A stretch of DNA of 64,000 nt from Brevundimonas sp. (GTDB lineage: Bacteria; Pseudomonadota; Alphaproteobacteria; Caulobacterales; Caulobacteraceae), in the NCBI RefSeq assembly GCF_024711105.1, contig NZ_JANJTL010000139.1:147-64146 (forward strand). Direction: 5' to 3'. The notes beneath the pieces were generated by a model. The model saw only the letters and a program-made list of their open reading frames with translations. It searched no databases and had not been told where the DNA came from. Each line of letters opens with the position of its first letter. Within the stretch, counting starts at the first letter, position 1. The translations under genes were made by a program, and so were the position numbers. Below, in pieces: positions 52,699-61,139 of the stretch.

Positions 52699-53952
52699 GT
52701 GGGCGCGGCCGGCCTGCAACTCGAAACCGCGAACGATGTCGAGACCGACGCTTATGCTACGGTTCGGACGCGAACCGTGGCGCTCGTCGCAGGGCTGACC
52801 CCGGAGGACATGCAGGTCCAGTCGATGCCCGACGCCAGTCCGGTGAAGTGGCACCTGGCGCATACGACCTGGTTCTTCGAGACCTTTCTCCTCAAGCCGT
52901 TCAGCCCCGACTACGGCGAGTTCGACCCGGCGTTCGGCTATCTGTTCAACTCCTATTACGACAGTGTCGGCGACAGGCATCCGCGGCCCGAGCGGGGGCT
53001 GCTGACCCGGCCGGCTCTCGAGGAGGTGCTGGCCTGGCGCGCCCACGTCGATGCGGCGATGCAGATCCTGGTCGATGAACTCGAAGGCGAGCCGGAATTC
53101 GGCCGGCTGATTCAGCTCGGTCTCGCCCACGAGGAGCAGCATCAGGAGCTGATCCTGATGGATATCAAGCATGCCTTCTCGCGCAACGCGCTGGAGCCCG
53201 CCTATGGCCCGAGCGAGGCCACGGGAGGCGGATCCGCCGCAGGCGCCGCCTGGACCGATCATGATGGCGGGCTGATTGAGATCGGACACGAGGGGCCGGG
53301 CTTCGCCTTCGACAATGAGGGGCCGCGGCACCGGGTCTGGCTGGAGCCGTTCCGCATCGCCGACCGGCTGGTGACCTGCGGAGAGTGGCAGGCCTTCATG
53401 GCGGACGGCGGGTACACCGAACCCCGGCTATGGCTGTCGGACGGCCGGGCGGCCGTTCAAACCAAGGGTTGGCGCGCGCCGGAATACTGGCGGGAGGAAG
53501 ACGGCGGGTGGAGCCTGTTCACCCTGCATGGCCGCCGGGCCGTCGATCCGTCCGAGCCGGTCTGTCACGTCAGCTTCTACGAGGCCGACGCCTTCGCCCG
53601 CTGGGCCGGCAAGCGGCTGCCGACCGAGGCCGAGTGGGAAGCGGCGGCCTGCGACACGTTTCTGCCCGAGGGCGGACGGTGTCATCCGCGCGCGGCGACC
53701 CGGCCCGGCTTGAGCCAGCTGGCGGGCGAGGTCTGGCAATGGACCGCGAGCCCTTACGTTGCCTATCCACGCTTCCGGCCAACCGCCGATGCGACCGGCG
53801 AGTACAACGGCAAGTTCATGTCGGGTCAGATGGTGCTGAGAGGCGGCGCGTGCGTCACGCCGGCCGGTCATTCGCGCGCGACCTACCGCAACTTTTTCCC
53901 GCCCGCCGCGAGGTGGGCCTTCAGCGGTGTGAGACTGGCTGACGATGTATGA
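52699..53952 (+). CDS. egtB: Ergothioneine biosynthesis sulfoxide synthase EgtB
   Basis: DinB_2-like N-domain (SPVKWHLAHTTWFFETF) plus an FGE-sulfatase C-domain (RVWLEPFRIADRLVTCGEWQAFM, GEVWQWTASPY). Confidence 0.85.
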   Translation: MGAAGLQLETANDVETDAYATVRTRTVALVAGLTPEDMQVQSMPDASPVKWHLAHTTWFFETFLLKPFSPDYGEFDPAFGYLFNSYYDSVGDRHPRPERGLLTRPALEEVLAWRAHVDAAMQILVDELEGEPEFGRLIQLGLAHEEQHQELILMDIKHAFSRNALEPAYGPSEATGGGSAAGAAWTDHDGGLIEIGHEGPGFAFDNEGPRHRVWLEPFRIADRLVTCGEWQAFMADGGYTEPRLWLSDGRAAVQTKGWRAPEYWREEDGGWSLFTLHGRRAVDPSEPVCHVSFYEADAFARWAGKRLPTEAEWEAAACDTFLPEGGRCHPRAATRPGLSQLAGEVWQWTASPYVAYPRFRPTADATGEYNGKFMSGQMVLRGGACVTPAGHSRATYRNFFPPAARWAFSGVRLADDV

Positions 53953-54940
53953 CCTGAGCGCCGATGGCTGGCGGCCGCACGAGGGACGCCGCGCCACCCT
54001 TCACGACTATGAACCCGGCGCCGACGATTTCCTGATGGCGGCGTTGGAGGGCCTGGCCGGCGAGCCGAAATCCCTGCCTTGCCGGTTTCTGTACGACGCG
54101 AGGGGGTCGGCCCTGTTCGACCGCATTTGCCGCCTGCCTGAATATTATCCCACGCGCACCGAGATCGGCATTCTCGAGGACAATGCGACCGAGATCGCGG
54201 ACAGGCTCGGGCCGAACGTGCAGCTGGTCGAGCTCGGCAGCGGCTCCAGCGTCAAGGTCCGCGTCCTTCTCCACGCGCTGGATACGCCGGAGACCTACGT
54301 CCCCATAGACATCAGCCGCGAGCACCTGATGCAGGCGGCCCAGGCGATCCAGGACGATTATCCGGAGCTGCGCGTTGAGGCGATCTGCGCGGACTTCTCG
54401 CAGGACTTCCGGCTGCCGCCGGTCGGGCGGGGGCGGCGCGTCGGATTTTACCCGGGATCGACGATCGGCAACCTGACGCCGGACGAGGCGAGAGAGTTCC
54501 TCTCGCTCTGGTCGCGCCGGCTCGGCCAGGGCGCGCTCTTCCTCGTCGGCGTCGATCTGCGGAAGGCCGCGGATATCCTTGAGCCTGCCTATGACGACGC
54601 TCAAGGCGTGACGTCGGCCTTCAGTCTGAACCTGCTGCGGCGGGCCAATCGTGAGCTCGGGGCTGACTTCGACCTGGGTCGATTCCGCCACGAGGCCCGC
54701 TACTTGGACGAAGAGGGGAGGGTGGCGATCCACCTCGTGTCCCAGGCCGATCAGACGGTGCGCTTAGGTGGGGCGGTCTTCGCCCTGAAGGCCGGCGAGC
54801 GCATCCACATCGAGGATTCCTGGAAATACAGCCTGGACGGATTCCGGCGACTGGCGCGGAAAGGCGGCTTTGCGCCCCTGGAGGTCTGGACCGACGCCGA
54901 GCGACTGTTCAGCGTGCACTTGCTGGAGGCTGTCGGATGA
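53945..54940 (+). CDS. egtD: L-histidine N-alpha-methyltransferase EgtD
   Basis: PCRFLYDARGSALFDRICRLPEYYPTRTE and VELGSGSS. Overlaps egtB by 8 nt. Confidence 0.9.
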   Translation: MYDLSADGWRPHEGRRATLHDYEPGADDFLMAALEGLAGEPKSLPCRFLYDARGSALFDRICRLPEYYPTRTEIGILEDNATEIADRLGPNVQLVELGSGSSVKVRVLLHALDTPETYVPIDISREHLMQAAQAIQDDYPELRVEAICADFSQDFRLPPVGRGRRVGFYPGSTIGNLTPDEAREFLSLWSRRLGQGALFLVGVDLRKAADILEPAYDDAQGVTSAFSLNLLRRANRELGADFDLGRFRHEARYLDEEGRVAIHLVSQADQTVRLGGAVFALKAGERIHIEDSWKYSLDGFRRLARKGGFAPLEVWTDAERLFSVHLLEAVG

Positions 54941-55019
54941 GCCCGGCGGCATAAGGACCTGGCGGCGGCGACGCACCAATGTCGGCCGTCCTGAAACGGG
55001 CAGGCCGCCGCTTGGCCGA

Positions 55020-57671
55020 TCAGGCGGCGTCGCGTCGAGGCTCGCGGAGAGCCGAAAGCGTGGCCTGAAGCGCCTCTCCCAGCTCGCCTAGCCGCCACAG
55101 CGCGGGCTCTCCTGTAAGTGCGGCGTTCTCGATCGCGGCGGCCATCTGCGCGACCCTTGCGGCGCCCAGGCTGAGGCTCATGGACTTGAGCGCGTGCGCC
55201 TCGCGAGCGGCCTCGGCACTGCGGTCGCCGGCGAGGGCCTGGGTGAGGCTGTTCAGAGTCGTGGGCGCGCGCGTGAAATAAAGCGCCTCCAGACGCTCCA
55301 CGAAGTCGCCGCCCGCCTCGGCCATCTCGGCCAGCTCAGCGCGTACCGCGGCGTCGAAGAGATCGTCCCTGGCGACGGCCCCGGCGGGGTCGGTCGGGGC
55401 GGGCGCCGGAACAGACGCGACGTCGGTTCCGGGCCCATCGGTGAGCACCCGGTCGGGGAAATGGGCGGTCAGGGTCTGGGCCAGGTCGCGCAGGGTGAAC
55501 GGCTTGTGCAGGACGCCGTCCATTCCCGCCTGCTTCCAGGCGTCCGCGCCCGATCCGACGACATGCGCGGTGAGGGCGACGATGCGGATCGGCTCCGAGC
55601 CGGCCTCGGCCTCCCGGCGTCGAATTTCGCGGGAAGCTTCGAACCCGTCCATCTCGGGCATGGAACCGTCCATTAGGATGAGATCGTAGCGGGTCGCCTG
55701 TGCAGCCTCGACCGCCTCGCGGCCGTCGCAGGCGAACTCGGCCGTCAGGCCCAACCGACCGAGGGCTTCGGCCGCGACCTCGCGGTTCACATCCGAATCG
55801 TCGGCCACAAGGATCTGGATTTCCGCAAAGCGGGGCAGGGCGTCCGCCGCGCGGGCCCGCGCCGCAGGCGCGGTGAGGGGGCGTCCCTCCGCGGCGGCCT
55901 GGAACAAGGCGAGGATTTCCGCCTGCGTCACCGGCGTGACCAGGGCCGCTGCCGCCTGACCGCGGGAGACGATCGCCTCCGCGTCCTGATCGGACTCGCA
56001 CAGAACGACTGTGCGCCGTCCGTCGAAGTCGCCAGCGCGGAACACCTCGGCCGAGACGATCACCAATCCGCCCGCCCCGGGACGGGCGCCGACGGTGGCC
56101 GCATAGCGGCGCACCGCCATAAGTGTGATCGGGGCAAGGCCATCGAGATGAAGCTCAAGATCCTCAAGACGCAACCCACCGACCGGCTCAAGCACCGGCA
56201 ACGGCACGGAGAAGGCGAAGAGCGACCCCTTGCCGACCTGGCTCGACAGCTTCCACTCGCCCCCCATCGCCTTCACGAAGCGGTCGCAGATGGTCAGCCC
56301 CAGGCCCGTGCCGCCGAACTTGCGGGTGGTGCTCTGGTCGGCCTGGGAGAAGGCTTCGAACAGGTGCGGCAGCTTCTCGGGCGGAATGCCGATCCCGGTG
56401 TCGCGCACACCCACGAGGATGCGGTCGGAGCCATCAGGATCCGGCTCGACGGAGACCAGGACGCCGCCGCTCTCGGTGAACTTCAGCGCATTGTTGAGCA
56501 GGTTGCCGATGACCTGGCGCAGGCGGGTCGGGTCGCCCATGACCTTGGGCGTGGCCGGGTGGACGAAGACAGCGAGGTCCAGACCCTTGGCCTTGGCGCG
56601 CTCGGCGAAGAGGCCGGCCACATCCTCGGCGGCTTCGGTCAGGTCGACCTCGACCTCCTCCAGCTCCAGCTTGCCCGCCTCCACCTTCGCGAAGTCGAGG
56701 ATGTCGTTGATGATGGCCAGCAGCGACCGGCCGGACTTGGAGATGACCTCCGCGTGGCGGCGCGCCCGCCCAGGCAGATCCGCGCCGGCCAGCAGTTCGG
56801 ACAGGGCCAGGATTCCATTCAAGGGCGTGCGGATTTCGTGGCTCATGGCCGCAACGAAGTCCGACTTGGCGGCCGAGGCCTCCTCCGCAACCGTCTTGGC
56901 GGCGCGCAGCTCGGCCGTGCGTTCCGCGACCGTCGCCTCCAGTCCAGCCATGTGGTCGGCGATCTCCTGGTCGCGGACCTGGATGGCCTTCAGCAGGTCG
57001 TTGAAGCCGTCGGCAAGCTCGCCGATCTCGCCGTCGGCCTTGACCTCTGCGGGTCGGTCATAATCGTGGCTCGACCGGACACGGGCCATCACGTCAGCCA
57101 GTTCGACAAGCGGGCGGGCCAGCTGGCCGCCCAGTCGCCAGGCCACGAGAAGGCCGGCCAAGGCGGCCACCAGGGCGCCCAGCAGGGTCGCCAGGACCGT
57201 TCCCATGAGACGGGAACGGACGTCTGGAAGGTCGCTGAAGACAACCAGCCGCCCGATCTCCTGCCCATCTGAGATCACAGGCGCTGACGCCGTGATCGAA
57301 CGCGTGCCGAGCAGCGTGACGAGGTCGAGTTCGTCGGACGTCTCCAGGCTGGCGTCGTCGACCAGGCGTACGCCGGATCCCGTCTCTGCGAGAAGGCGAC
57401 CCGACGCGCTTTCGAGCCGCGCGTATTGCAGGTTCGGCATCTCGGAAATCGCGCGGATGGTCCGGAACCCGAGCGCTGCGTCCTGGGCCGCCACGGCCTC
57501 AGTGGAGAGTGACGCCATGACCGCCGCTGTCGCCGTGAGCCGCTGGAGTTCCAGTTCGGCCTGACGCTGGGCGTCCATCCACGCAGTGACGCCGGTCGTC
57601 ACGGCGAAGGCGACACCGAGGGAGGCGAACACCAACCCCGCCAGCTTTCTGTGAATGCCGCCTCGGCGCAC
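55020..57671 (-). CDS. Hybrid sensor histidine kinase (sensor-HAMP-HisKA-HATPase-pseudoREC-REC-Hpt)
   Basis: 883 aa. H-box SHEIRTPLNGIL, receiver ILVADDSDVNR...LILMDGSMPEMDG, and Hpt HALKSMSLSLGA. Confidence 0.85.
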   Translation of the reverse strand: MRRGGIHRKLAGLVFASLGVAFAVTTGVTAWMDAQRQAELELQRLTATAAVMASLSTEAVAAQDAALGFRTIRAISEMPNLQYARLESASGRLLAETGSGVRLVDDASLETSDELDLVTLLGTRSITASAPVISDGQEIGRLVVFSDLPDVRSRLMGTVLATLLGALVAALAGLLVAWRLGGQLARPLVELADVMARVRSSHDYDRPAEVKADGEIGELADGFNDLLKAIQVRDQEIADHMAGLEATVAERTAELRAAKTVAEEASAAKSDFVAAMSHEIRTPLNGILALSELLAGADLPGRARRHAEVISKSGRSLLAIINDILDFAKVEAGKLELEEVEVDLTEAAEDVAGLFAERAKAKGLDLAVFVHPATPKVMGDPTRLRQVIGNLLNNALKFTESGGVLVSVEPDPDGSDRILVGVRDTGIGIPPEKLPHLFEAFSQADQSTTRKFGGTGLGLTICDRFVKAMGGEWKLSSQVGKGSLFAFSVPLPVLEPVGGLRLEDLELHLDGLAPITLMAVRRYAATVGARPGAGGLVIVSAEVFRAGDFDGRRTVVLCESDQDAEAIVSRGQAAAALVTPVTQAEILALFQAAAEGRPLTAPAARARAADALPRFAEIQILVADDSDVNREVAAEALGRLGLTAEFACDGREAVEAAQATRYDLILMDGSMPEMDGFEASREIRRREAEAGSEPIRIVALTAHVVGSGADAWKQAGMDGVLHKPFTLRDLAQTLTAHFPDRVLTDGPGTDVASVPAPAPTDPAGAVARDDLFDAAVRAELAEMAEAGGDFVERLEALYFTRAPTTLNSLTQALAGDRSAEAAREAHALKSMSLSLGAARVAQMAAAIENAALTGEPALWRLGELGEALQATLSALREPRRDAA

Positions 57672-57755
57672 CTGTCGACTCCCAGATCATGGCAAGCTAC
57701 GCGACGTTAATGACCTGATGCTTAAATCGCAGGACCAGTACGGCTGGGGGCGCCT

Positions 57756-59090
57756 GTGAGCGGTTTCGACGTTCGAAACGGGAGCAGGGGAAGGATGGTC
57801 GGGGGACCCTTGAGGCCCGTCCGTGAACTTCTCGGCGCCGGTGCGCGCCTCGCTTCCAAGCTTTGCCATAACACCCGCGGCGTCATCGCGCTGAAGTTCG
57901 CCATGGCGGTGCCTGGTCTGGCCGTTCTCGTGCTCGGCAGCGTCGATCTCTATGCGGTGCAATCCGACCGCAGCCGCATGCAGGACATCGCGGACGCCGC
58001 GGCGCTCGCCGGCGCACGAGAGCTGGGCCTGGCGGTGGACGCTGTGGGGCCGGAGGGGCGGGCGCTCGCCTATATCGAGGCCCAGATATCCGGATGGTCG
58101 CACGGGCCGACGATCACTCCAGACGTCGAGGTGATCACCCTTGCATCCGGCGAACGCGCGCTGCGCGCCGCGCTCCACGGAAACCGGCCCTCCTTCTTCG
58201 GCAACATGCTGCCGCCGGGCGGCTGGGACATGGACGCGGAGGCCACGGCCACCTCGATTGCGGTCACGCCTCTCTGCGTGCTGGTTCACAGTACGAGCCA
58301 AGACAGGACCCTCAACCTCAAGGATCAGTCGCAGATTCGCGCCCCGGCCTGCTTGATCCACTCCAATCGCGAGGTGAAGGTCGAGAACGTAGCGCGGATC
58401 ACCGCCGCCTCGGTCCAGGCCGTGACCCGGGCCTCCGGTTCGATATCGCCGGCGGCCCAGACTGGCGCGGCCGTGGTTCAAGACCCATTCGCCGATCTCC
58501 CGATTGAAACGACGGCTAACCTTCGCGATTTGCTTCGATGCACCGCCGCGACCATCCCTCAGCGAATTTCCTCGGGGCGTCATGTCCTGCAACCCGGTGT
58601 GCACTGCGACAACTTGACCGTCGATGGAACTGCAGAGCTCGTGCTCGCACCGGGCGAGCACTGGTTCCTCCATGCAAGCCTCCAAGTGAAAGAGGATGGC
58701 CGCCTGAGCGGCACGGACGTGGTCTTGTTCTTCGATAAAGACTCTCGGTTCCAGTTCCAGGACCGCTCCACAATCAGCCTGGAAGGCCGTGAGTCCGGTC
58801 AGTACGCCGGAATGGTGATGATCGCGACGCGGGACAACACCCAGGATTTCGTGATCTGGAGCGATCACGTCGAGACGTTGCTGGGAGTCATCTACGTGCC
58901 GCGAGCCAGATTGATCGTGCAGGGCACAGCTGATGTCGCACGCGAGTCGGCGTGGACTGTGATTGTGGCCCAGCGCATGGAGCTGAAGGGCGCGCCGTCG
59001 CTCTTCATCAATGCCGATTACGATGCGTCCGATGTCCCGGTGCCGGGTGGCGTCGGCCCCACCAGCGGCGGAAGCCGCCTGCTCAACTAG
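57756..59090 (+). CDS. TadE/TadG-like N-terminal domain protein
   Basis: GVIALKFAMAVPGLAVLVLGSVDLYAV...IADAAALAGAREL is the TadE/G-like motif. The ~330-aa C-terminal part is uncharacterised. Start is uncertain (GTG 57756 or ATG 57795). Confidence 0.6.
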   Translation: MSGFDVRNGSRGRMVGGPLRPVRELLGAGARLASKLCHNTRGVIALKFAMAVPGLAVLVLGSVDLYAVQSDRSRMQDIADAAALAGARELGLAVDAVGPEGRALAYIEAQISGWSHGPTITPDVEVITLASGERALRAALHGNRPSFFGNMLPPGGWDMDAEATATSIAVTPLCVLVHSTSQDRTLNLKDQSQIRAPACLIHSNREVKVENVARITAASVQAVTRASGSISPAAQTGAAVVQDPFADLPIETTANLRDLLRCTAATIPQRISSGRHVLQPGVHCDNLTVDGTAELVLAPGEHWFLHASLQVKEDGRLSGTDVVLFFDKDSRFQFQDRSTISLEGRESGQYAGMVMIATRDNTQDFVIWSDHVETLLGVIYVPRARLIVQGTADVARESAWTVIVAQRMELKGAPSLFINADYDASDVPVPGGVGPTSGGSRLLN

Positions 59091-59099
59091 GCCGGTGGT

Positions 59100-59528
59100 T
59101 CAGGCGAAGCGTGAAAACCCGGCCGACGGCCGGGCCGCAAGGACCTCTTCGATCAGAGGCAGGAAGGTCTCCTTGCGGAGGGGCTTCTGCATCACCGCCG
59201 TGGCGCCCATGGCCTTGGCCAGCGGAAGGTAGTAGCCGGCGTCGAGCTGGCCGCCGCTGGAGATGGCGATCATCGGCACCTGCGGCCAGCGCTGCTTGAT
59301 CTCGCGGATCGTCTCCACGCCCTCCTTGTTGGGCATGATGAGGTCCGTGATCACGAGGTCGAAAGGCCGAGTTTCGATCTGGCGGACGCCCTCGTCGCCG
59401 TCCTCGGCCACCGAAACGCGATAGCCCGCCTGGGACAGCATCTGGGACGCGATGAGCCGCACCAGCGGATCGTCGTCAATCACCAGAATATGAGCCGGGG
59501 CTGTGGTCACGTGGGTCTCCAGCCCCAA
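59100..59528 (-). CDS. Single-domain CheY-like response regulator
   Basis: ILVIDDDPLVR, DLVITDLIMPNKEG and AISSG. There is no output domain. Confidence 0.85.
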   Translation of the reverse strand: MGLETHVTTAPAHILVIDDDPLVRLIASQMLSQAGYRVSVAEDGDEGVRQIETRPFDLVITDLIMPNKEGVETIREIKQRWPQVPMIAISSGGQLDAGYYLPLAKAMGATAVMQKPLRKETFLPLIEEVLAARPSAGFSRFA

Positions 59529-59670
59529 GCATGACGTCAGAAGGCGACCAAGAGGTTAAACCAGCGCGGAACGCACAAAGTTCAACGGTTTCAGGCGCGA
59601 CCCCGCCGAAACTGAAGATTGAGCACCCATCCCATCGAGGAGATGGGCGCGAATACTGGGAACCGCGACC

Positions 59671-59982
59671 TCAGTTGCGGCGCTCGCTGGTGGTGACCTC
59701 CAGTCCATCCTCGTCGGCGCGGATGGTCGTGTCTGTGCGGTCTTCGTCGCGATCGCCATCGACGACCACGTCCGGCGGGTCGATCACGATATCGGACGAA
59801 TCGGCGGCGCGATCAGCAGCCGCCTCGGCGCGATCCGCCGCAGCGTCGGCTGCGTCCGCCGCCTCCGACCCCACGCTTTCGGCGACGTCGGCCGTGTCCT
59901 CGGCGGCGTCGTCTTCGACGATGCAGGCCGACAGGGCGAAGGGCGCCACGAGGGCTGCCGCCAGGGCGAGATAGCTTTTCAT
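59671..59982 (-). CDS. Acidic (Asp/Ala-rich) lipoprotein, hypothetical
   Basis: Signal plus lipobox PFALSAC, then D/E/A-rich sequence. GGAGAG lies 5 nt upstream of the ATG. Confidence 0.5.
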   Translation of the reverse strand: MKSYLALAAALVAPFALSACIVEDDAAEDTADVAESVGSEAADAADAAADRAEAAADRAADSSDIVIDPPDVVVDGDRDEDRTDTTIRADEDGLEVTTSERRN

Positions 59983-60033
59983 CGGACTCTCCGGATAACG
60001 GGCAGCCGCGAGGCGGCCCGGTGACCTTGCGTC

Positions 60034-60058
60034 AACGGGTCGTCACGGCCTCGGTTCC
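60034..60058 (-). promoter_or_regulatory. EcfG/sigmaT-type general stress promoter (GGAAC-N16-CGTT, minus strand)
   Basis: The plus strand reads AACG (60034-60037), N16, then GTTCC (60054-60058). It lies 52 nt upstream of ATG 59982. Confidence 0.55.
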
Positions 60059-60124
60059 GCCCGACGGCCCGCAGGAAAGGCGCCCGGCGGACCGGGCGCC
60101 TTCTGGTGAGGCCTAAGCCGTTTT

Positions 60125-60508
60125 CTAGTAAGGGCGGCTCGTGCGCGCGCGCCAGGCGGCCATCTCGGCTTCGTAGCGGGCCTGGGCGGCCGCGTGGGCG
60201 GCCTGGGCGGCTTCAACCGCTTGAACTTCGGCCCGATAGCGGGCTTGCGCGTCGGCATGAGCCCGTTGAGCGGCTTCGAACTCGGCCTGTTCCCGCGCAA
60301 AACGGGCCGCCGCGGCCTCGTTGGCCGCGACGATCTGCGCGTCCCGGTCGAGCACGGCCTGGTTCAGGCGCGCGGTTTCGGCGCGTTCGCGAGCCTCAAT
60401 CTCGGCGACGGACGTGCCGGGCGGATACCCGCCCGTCACCTGGGCGGCGGCCGGCGCCGCAACGGCGCAGGCCAACGCGGCGGCGGCGAAGAATACCGGT
60501 CTGGACAT
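60125..60508 (-). CDS. Secreted Ala-rich coiled-coil protein (hypothetical)
   Basis: ATG 60508. Signal peptide AAAALACAVAAPAAAQ. Internal duplication AQARYRAEVQAV / AQARYEAEMAAW. Confidence 0.45.
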   Translation of the reverse strand: MSRPVFFAAAALACAVAAPAAAQVTGGYPPGTSVAEIEARERAETARLNQAVLDRDAQIVAANEAAAARFAREQAEFEAAQRAHADAQARYRAEVQAVEAAQAAHAAAQARYEAEMAAWRARTSRPY

Positions 60509-60619
60509 GGTCTTTCTCCTAACTCGATCCCCGTCGCGCATCAAAACGCGTCCAGCCGGGCGAGGTTTCGGCAACGGCCAAGGCTGGTCAAGCGCGCTCG
60601 CCTGGCGCGTCACGTCCCG

Positions 60620-61057
60620 TCAGAGATGCTCGATCTCGAAGGCCTCGAGCGCCAGCATCATCTCCGCCACCAGCGTGCGGTGGCATTCGGCCGGATTCGC
60701 TTCGTAGCAGAGCAGGGCGCTTTTCTTCTCTCGCGCCAGGTCGACGGCCTGCCGCAGGGCCAGCTGCGCCTCGGGCTCGCGCATGTGGTCCGCGAAGATA
60801 GCCTGCATCTCGCCGTGTCGCCCCGCCCGAGCCGCCTGCCGACCCGCCGCCGGCGTGCCGAGGGCGCGCAGGTGCAGATATTCGATGCCGGCCTCGTTCA
60901 GTGAATTTCCCAACACGGTCTTCGAAAAGCCCGCCCGGCGCGACGCGGCCACGGCCCGGACGTCGATCACGCGCTCGACCCCGGCGGCCTTGAGACGTGC
61001 GATCACCGCGCCCTGGGGTTCGCTCTCATACCCGATGGTGGCGAGTTTCATCCTCAA
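60620..61057 (-). CDS. DUF488 family protein
   Basis: KLATIGYE...VERVIDVR...SRRAGFSK...ALLCYEANPAECHR is the DUF488 pattern. Confidence 0.75.
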   Translation of the reverse strand: MRMKLATIGYESEPQGAVIARLKAAGVERVIDVRAVAASRRAGFSKTVLGNSLNEAGIEYLHLRALGTPAAGRQAARAGRHGEMQAIFADHMREPEAQLALRQAVDLAREKKSALLCYEANPAECHRTLVAEMMLALEAFEIEHL

Positions 61058-61139
61058 CTCCGGATGTCATTAGGCACGACGATGGATCGTGTTCAAACGG
61101 CTTCTTGCCGGGCGGGGTTCAAGGCCCTAGGCCACCGGC

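Noticed and set aside
52071-59528. Genomic island integrated at tRNA-Ser
   Set aside because: There is no integrase, no visible direct repeat of the tRNA 3' end downstream, and no obvious compositional shift. The contents (egtBD, kinases) look chromosomal.
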